A stretch of 64,000 bases of DNA from Candidatus Omnitrophota bacterium (GTDB lineage Bacteria; Omnitrophota; Gorgyraeia; Zapsychrales; JANLHA01). Each line of letters begins with the position of its first letter. Position 1 is the stretch's first letter. The DNA lies in assembly GCA_020632555.1 (NCBI GenBank), contig JACKFI010000002.1, positions 66,621 through 130,620 on the forward strand, written 5' to 3'. Of the stretch, positions 59,320-64,000 are shown in pieces. Under the pieces are notes generated by a model, which was given only the letters and a program-made list of their open reading frames with translations, ran no database searches and was not told the DNA's origin. The position numbers and the translations under genes were made by a program.

Positions 59320-59697
59320 ATGTTGAGTTTTTCGGTCACATTTAAACCAGGGGCATCGATTTACGAGCAGATTATTTATGCTGTCAAAAAAGCTATCGTC
59401 ACCGGCCAGCTAAAGCCTGGGGAAGCTTTTCCTTCCGTGCGGGAATTAAGCCGCGAACTTAAAGTCAACCCCAACACCGCCCTGAAAGTCATCAACCTGC
59501 TGGTGCAAGAAAATATTCTCGAAATCCATCCCGGAATTGGCAGCGTGATCACTCAGCTACCGCAAGCCAATCAAAAACAACGTGATCAAATCCTAAAGAC
59601 TGAGGTTGAGCGCTTAATCATCGAAGCCCGCCGTTTATCTATAAAGAAGAAAGAGCTTTTCGATGCTATCTCAGAAAATTGGCAAATAGAACCCTAG
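59320..59697 (+). CDS. GntR-family transcriptional regulator, YtrA subfamily
   Basis: IYEQIIYAVKKAIVTGQLKPGEAFPSVRELSRELKVNPNTALKVINLLVQENILEIHPGIGSVI followed by a short C-terminal helical tail. I prefer the ATG at 59320 to the track start at 59257. Confidence 0.85.
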   Translation: MLSFSVTFKPGASIYEQIIYAVKKAIVTGQLKPGEAFPSVRELSRELKVNPNTALKVINLLVQENILEIHPGIGSVITQLPQANQKQRDQILKTEVERLIIEARRLSIKKKELFDAISENWQIEP

Positions 59698-59709
59698 GAG
59701 GAAATACCC

Positions 59710-60630
59710 ATGGACTATATGATTGAAACACAACAATTAACCAAATGCTTTAAACGCAAAACTGCAGTGAATCAGCTAAACCTGAAAGTTCCCAAAGGGT
59801 CTATCTTTGCCTTTTTGGGAGCCAATGGCGCCGGTAAAACCACAACCATCAAAATGATTATGAATATCATCGCTCCTACCAGCGGCAGGGCGACGGTCTG
59901 CGGCGTCGATTCGCTGCAATTATCTCCCAGCCAATTGCAAAGCATTGGTTATGTTTCTGAAAGTCAAGAATTGCCCGAATGGATGAGCTGTCAACAACTG
60001 CTCGATTATTGCAAGCCGATGTATCCGTCGTGGGATGATAATTTTTGCCAAGCCTTGATTAAGCAATTTGATTTGCCTTTAACAGAGAAACTGCGTCATT
60101 TTTCGCGCGGCATGAAAATGAAGGCTGCCTTAATCTGCGCGATGGCGTTTCGACCACAACTTTTGATCTTAGACGAACCTTTTAGCGGTTTGGATCCTCT
60201 GGTTCGTGAAGAACTCATCGACGGATTATTAGAAATCACATCCAGCGAGAGTTGGACGATTTTTGTTTCTTCTCACGATATCAATGAGGTCGAACGTTTA
60301 GCCGACTGGGTGGGAATCCTCCACGCTGGCGAAGAAAAGATCACCGAAGGTGTTGAATCTTTGCAGAACCGCTTTAAACACATCGAAATTTTGCTGGGCG
60401 ATGATTCGACTCAGAGCACCAAGCTTCCCGAGAATTTTATCTCGTGTCAACAAAAAGGCCGTGTGCTGCGATTAATCCACGATGCTTATCAGCCCGGCCG
60501 CACAGATGAAGAAATCAAATGTTTGTTCCCAACAACCACCGATATCAAGGTGCAGGGCATGACTTTGCGCGAAATATTTATTGTTTTAGCAAAGCAATAC
60601 CGACTCACCAGTGGCCGAGGAGGTGTTTGA
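59710..60630 (+). CDS. ABC transporter ATP-binding protein
   Basis: GANGAGKTTTIKM (Walker A), FSRGMKMK (signature variant), LLILDEPFSGLD (Walker B). Confidence 0.9.
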   Translation: MDYMIETQQLTKCFKRKTAVNQLNLKVPKGSIFAFLGANGAGKTTTIKMIMNIIAPTSGRATVCGVDSLQLSPSQLQSIGYVSESQELPEWMSCQQLLDYCKPMYPSWDDNFCQALIKQFDLPLTEKLRHFSRGMKMKAALICAMAFRPQLLILDEPFSGLDPLVREELIDGLLEITSSESWTIFVSSHDINEVERLADWVGILHAGEEKITEGVESLQNRFKHIEILLGDDSTQSTKLPENFISCQQKGRVLRLIHDAYQPGRTDEEIKCLFPTTTDIKVQGMTLREIFIVLAKQYRLTSGRGGV

Positions 60631-60631
60631 T

Positions 60632-62326
60632 ATGAACACCATTCAACTTATCTTTAAAAAAGACGTTTTGAGATTGCGCTGGCTCTTGGTGTGCTGGGTG
60701 GGAATCATCGCTCTGCGCTGTGTCATCAGTTCAAGTTTCTTCCTTGATAATATTGAAACACAAACACGCATGCTGCAGTCCTCTCAATGGATTTTTTCAT
60801 TGATGGTCTTTATGCTCTTTGTTCTGATCCCGCTCTTGGTTCACGACGACAGCTTGATCGGATCCACGGCGTTTTGGATGGGCAAACCTTTATCGAGAAA
60901 AGCCTTGTTGATTTCAAAAACCATTTTTATTTTATCTTTCTTTATTGTGTTGCCAACCACGGCGGAGCTTTTGACTTTAGCCGAGAATGGTATTACGGCG
61001 CATTATCTCTGGCTGGCTATGCCGCAAATTCTCTCAACATGGGGCGGCATTGCTTTACCCGTCTTTCTTTTAGCGTCGATGACGAAAAAGTTTAGTCATT
61101 TTGCGATTGCTTTATTTGGAATCGGTGTTTTTTGTATTGCCGCAAGTCTTGTAGAGAAAAATGCCTTTAATTTTATTATGAGTCATGGTGAACAAACACC
61201 TGATAATTATTTCTTCTTCATTGAATCCATAAATATTACTATCTGCATCGTTAATGCAATCATTGTCGGTTTAAGTGCCCTGACGCTCATCACCTATCAA
61301 TACTTAACTGGCGATACGCGCAAAACAACATCTTTAACAATCATGTTCTCAATCGTTCTAATAATCGTCAATTATTTCTGGTGTTGGGATTTTATGAAAA
61401 CCTTTTCAACTCACGATAAACTTTTATCCTCACCGCCCAAAACACAAATTCAACTACTTTTACAAACAACTAATCAACAGTCTCAACCAGAAATTGTTAA
61501 ATTCGCCAATGCCAGTAACCCTTTTACCGTAGAAGTGAACTATTATCTTGATCTTGCCCCGGATCAATTTGTCGTTAACATATTCCATGAACATTATCAA
61601 ATTGACTCAACAGCTGGCCTTATTCCCTACGACTGGAGAAAGGAATCAAACGAAAATAATGATTATGTTAATAAAGAACCCTATCTAATTTCCTTAATCA
61701 ATCTTTTTAAGGGGTACCATGTGATCCCCTCCATTGAACAAAGTTCGAAAAGAAAACCAAGTTACCAATACACTATTGACGGCGAGGAAAGTTTTGAATA
61801 TCCTCTGGCTCATCGACAGTTAGGCGCAAGAATGTTTTGGCAAATTTATCGATACCAAATCACATCTACTGTCCCATTTAGAGAAAATGCTCACGATAAA
61901 TTCTTCTCTCAGCAATTTATCGTTAAAAACATCGAAAAATCAACCGATGAGATAACCGCAATCATCTTGGAAAAACAAGCTGTACTTAAATATGACTTAT
62001 TAGCTACACGAGATATCAATAATATCGATGACTATGATTCTAGTATCCAATGGAATAATGCCATCTACCTCTTAAGAAATAATCAAACACAGGAAATTGT
62101 TTTTCCTTCTTTTGATTCTGATCAAAGAAACAAATCCGTTGGTGGTCCATTTCGCATATTAGAAGGCCGCGTCAGATATATTCATTTCTTTGGTAATGAC
62201 AACGCTCCCCTAAATGATGACTGGCTCAAGGATGCGGAGTTGATCAGAGTGGATGCCATTGCGGAAGGACGACATCTGTACACTCACGGATTCTATGCGG
62301 AAACAACCGAACTTCCCGAGGAGTAA
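60632..62326 (+). CDS. Membrane protein, paralog 1: ~6-TM N-terminal module + ~300-aa soluble C-terminal domain
   Basis: The ATG at 60632 is preceded by GAGGAGG and overlaps the ATPase stop. Nt 60632-61083 are nearly identical to 62345-62796. Confidence 0.75.
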   Translation: MNTIQLIFKKDVLRLRWLLVCWVGIIALRCVISSSFFLDNIETQTRMLQSSQWIFSLMVFMLFVLIPLLVHDDSLIGSTAFWMGKPLSRKALLISKTIFILSFFIVLPTTAELLTLAENGITAHYLWLAMPQILSTWGGIALPVFLLASMTKKFSHFAIALFGIGVFCIAASLVEKNAFNFIMSHGEQTPDNYFFFIESINITICIVNAIIVGLSALTLITYQYLTGDTRKTTSLTIMFSIVLIIVNYFWCWDFMKTFSTHDKLLSSPPKTQIQLLLQTTNQQSQPEIVKFANASNPFTVEVNYYLDLAPDQFVVNIFHEHYQIDSTAGLIPYDWRKESNENNDYVNKEPYLISLINLFKGYHVIPSIEQSSKRKPSYQYTIDGEESFEYPLAHRQLGARMFWQIYRYQITSTVPFRENAHDKFFSQQFIVKNIEKSTDEITAIILEKQAVLKYDLLATRDINNIDDYDSSIQWNNAIYLLRNNQTQEIVFPSFDSDQRNKSVGGPFRILEGRVRYIHFFGNDNAPLNDDWLKDAELIRVDAIAEGRHLYTHGFYAETTELPEE

Positions 62327-62344
62327 AAAAAGGAGACTCTTACC

Positions 62345-64000
62345 ATGAATACTATTCAACTTATCTTTAAAAAAGACGTTTTGAGATTGCGCTGGCTCTT
62401 GGTGTGCTGGGTGGGCATCATCGCTCTGCGCTGTGTCATTAGTTCAAGTTTCTTCCTTGATAATATTGAAACACAAACACGCATGCTGCAGTCCTCTCAA
62501 TGGATTTTTTCATTGATGGTCTTTATGCTCTTTGTTCTGATCCCGCTCTTGGTTCACGACGACAGCTTGATTGGATCCACGGCGTTTTGGATGGGCAAAC
62601 CTTTATCTAGAAAAGCCTTGTTGATTTCAAAAACCATTTTTATTTTATCTTTCTTTATTGTGTTGCCAACCACGGCGGAGCTTTTGACTTTAGCCGAGAA
62701 TGGTATTACGGCGCATTATCTCTGGCTGGCTGTGCCGCAAATTCTCTCAACATGGGGCGGCATTGCTTTACCCGTCTTTCTTTTAGCGTCGATGACACAA
62801 AGATTCAATCACTTTGCAATTGTTTTATTGAGCATCGGAGTTGTTCTCATTATCATCAACAACATACTAAATCTTCCTGTCAACTCGCTACTCTCTGGCA
62901 ACTATATCCCCGACTACCATAATTTTCACTACACCTTAGGGTCACTTGAAATTTCCAAATTAATTATCACCAACATCATTACCATCTTCGGATCAATACT
63001 ATTAATTACCCATCAATATTTAACTGGGAAAACTCGTAGAACAATTTTATTGTCCATTCTCATTTTACTCATCGTACCTGTTGCAAACTGGCATTGGTCT
63101 TGGGATTATTTAAAATCGTACACGGCTTATGACAAAGATTGGTCACATGAAAAGAACATCCGATATCAACTGCATTTGCATAAAACCGATCCTCAGCCAC
63201 AAACAAAGATTGCCGAATCCACGGCGCAAAGTAATCCGTTTACCATTACAATCGACTATTATCTTGATATCGACCCCGCACAATTTCTGGCCGCAAAATT
63301 TAGCGAAGATTACCAATATAACAGACTAACGAAATTTTGGAATCACGCCAGCAGCTTAAGTTCATTGTCCCTAGGGAACAACTATGTCGAGACTGAGCCC
63401 TATATCATTTCCCTTATTAATCTTTTTGAAGGATACGACTTGATTCCCTCTGTAAAGAACACATCAAACTCAAGACCAAATTATCAACATTTGATTGATG
63501 AATTTACTGAAAATCATACGCATTCCTTAACTGATTGGCAATTTAAAAATAAAATGTTCTGGCAAATTTATCGTTTTCGAATCACCTCAACCATTCCGTT
63601 TAAGAAAAATGCCAAAAACACATTATTTGCACAACAATATATCGTTAAAGATATTAAGAAAGCCCCACAAAAAGCAATAGCAACGATTCTCGAGAAAGAT
63701 AGCGTATTGACATATGACCTTTCCGCTACAAAGAAAATCTATTACCACACCGATTATTATTCAAAGAAATCCGAGTGGAAAGAGGGAATTTATATCTTAA
63801 GAAATAATAAGACTCAAGAAATTGTCTTCCCCTCTTTTGATAATGACCCAAACAATAAAAGATTTAATGATCCCGGTCAAATATTACAGGGCAATATCCG
63901 ACATATTCATTTCTTGGGCAATGATAATACTCCATTAGATGAGCAATGGCTAGCTGATGCAGAGTTGCTTCGTGTGGATGCGATTCCTGAGGGGCATTAT
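62345..64000 (+). CDS. Membrane protein, paralog 2 (3'-truncated by the window edge)
   Basis: Absent from the ORF track because there is no stop in the window. The ATG at 62345 follows AAGGAG. Manual translation (MNTIQLIFKKDVLRLRWLL...) stays open to base 64000, exactly 552 codons. The C-terminal part parallels paralog 1 (IYILRNNKTQEIVFPSFDND... versus IYLLRNNQTQEIVFPSFDSD...). Confidence 0.8.
   Translation, partial: MNTIQLIFKKDVLRLRWLLVCWVGIIALRCVISSSFFLDNIETQTRMLQSSQWIFSLMVFMLFVLIPLLVHDDSLIGSTAFWMGKPLSRKALLISKTIFILSFFIVLPTTAELLTLAENGITAHYLWLAVPQILSTWGGIALPVFLLASMTQRFNHFAIVLLSIGVVLIIINNILNLPVNSLLSGNYIPDYHNFHYTLGSLEISKLIITNIITIFGSILLITHQYLTGKTRRTILLSILILLIVPVANWHWSWDYLKSYTAYDKDWSHEKNIRYQLHLHKTDPQPQTKIAESTAQSNPFTITIDYYLDIDPAQFLAAKFSEDYQYNRLTKFWNHASSLSSLSLGNNYVETEPYIISLINLFEGYDLIPSVKNTSNSRPNYQHLIDEFTENHTHSLTDWQFKNKMFWQIYRFRITSTIPFKKNAKNTLFAQQYIVKDIKKAPQKAIATILEKDSVLTYDLSATKKIYYHTDYYSKKSEWKEGIYILRNNKTQEIVFPSFDNDPNNKRFNDPGQILQGNIRHIHFLGNDNTPLDEQWLADAELLRVDAIPEGHY

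Noticed and set aside
1-64000. tRNA, rRNA, tmRNA or other structured RNA genes in intergenic gaps
   Set aside because: I inspected all gaps longer than 80 nt (e.g. 6079-6445, 7496-7634, 24693-24945, 26131-26535, 39802-39926, 44344-44751, 55978-56108, 58939-59319). None shows cloverleaf-like arms or conserved RNA motifs. A covariance-model scan would be needed to be certain.

Overview
The window is 64 kb of bacterial chromosome, mostly minus-strand genes, with no rRNA, tRNA, CRISPR array, transposase or integrase that I could recognise. Housekeeping genes (ppiC, tag, uup, prfC, pyk, a yegQ/trhP-like U32 protein) alternate with four less ordinary blocks.

1. At 7.6-16.8 kb, a DUF1302 / DUF1329 / BNR-propeller / RND-like envelope cluster is bracketed by two paralogous nitroreductase-fold proteins, one of them fused to a SAM methyltransferase.
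2. At 24.8-28.7 kb there is a rearrangement-prone accessory patch. It holds two DUF4143 AAA+ ATPases, a decayed third copy, an AbrB-PIN toxin-antitoxin pair, tandem hairpin repeats and a relic of a gene 3' end.
3. At 28.8-37.2 kb, a single 8.5-kb ORF (2827 aa) has a signal-peptide-like N-terminus, an M48-like HExxH protease region, about 1600 aa I cannot assign, and a UbiB/ABC1 kinase-like domain. It carries REP-like and tandem repeats inserted in frame.
4. At 37.4-48.6 kb, a nitrate-context cluster contains NnrS, MOSC, two NarK-type MFS genes, a Rieske protein, a 4Fe-4S subunit, a small Nas/Nap-like molybdopterin subunit and a NarI-like membrane subunit. Two 162-bp composite palindromic repeats interrupt it.

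The right end encodes a GntR(YtrA)-ABC module followed by tandem membrane-protein paralogs. Their first 452 nt are about 98% identical and the rest is strongly diverged. The left end is a 3'-truncated multi-sensor histidine kinase that is absent from the ORF track.

The giant secreted protein and the repeat families resemble uncultivated lineages such as Omnitrophota, but that is inference only. All domain calls come from motif recognition by eye; no database search was possible.
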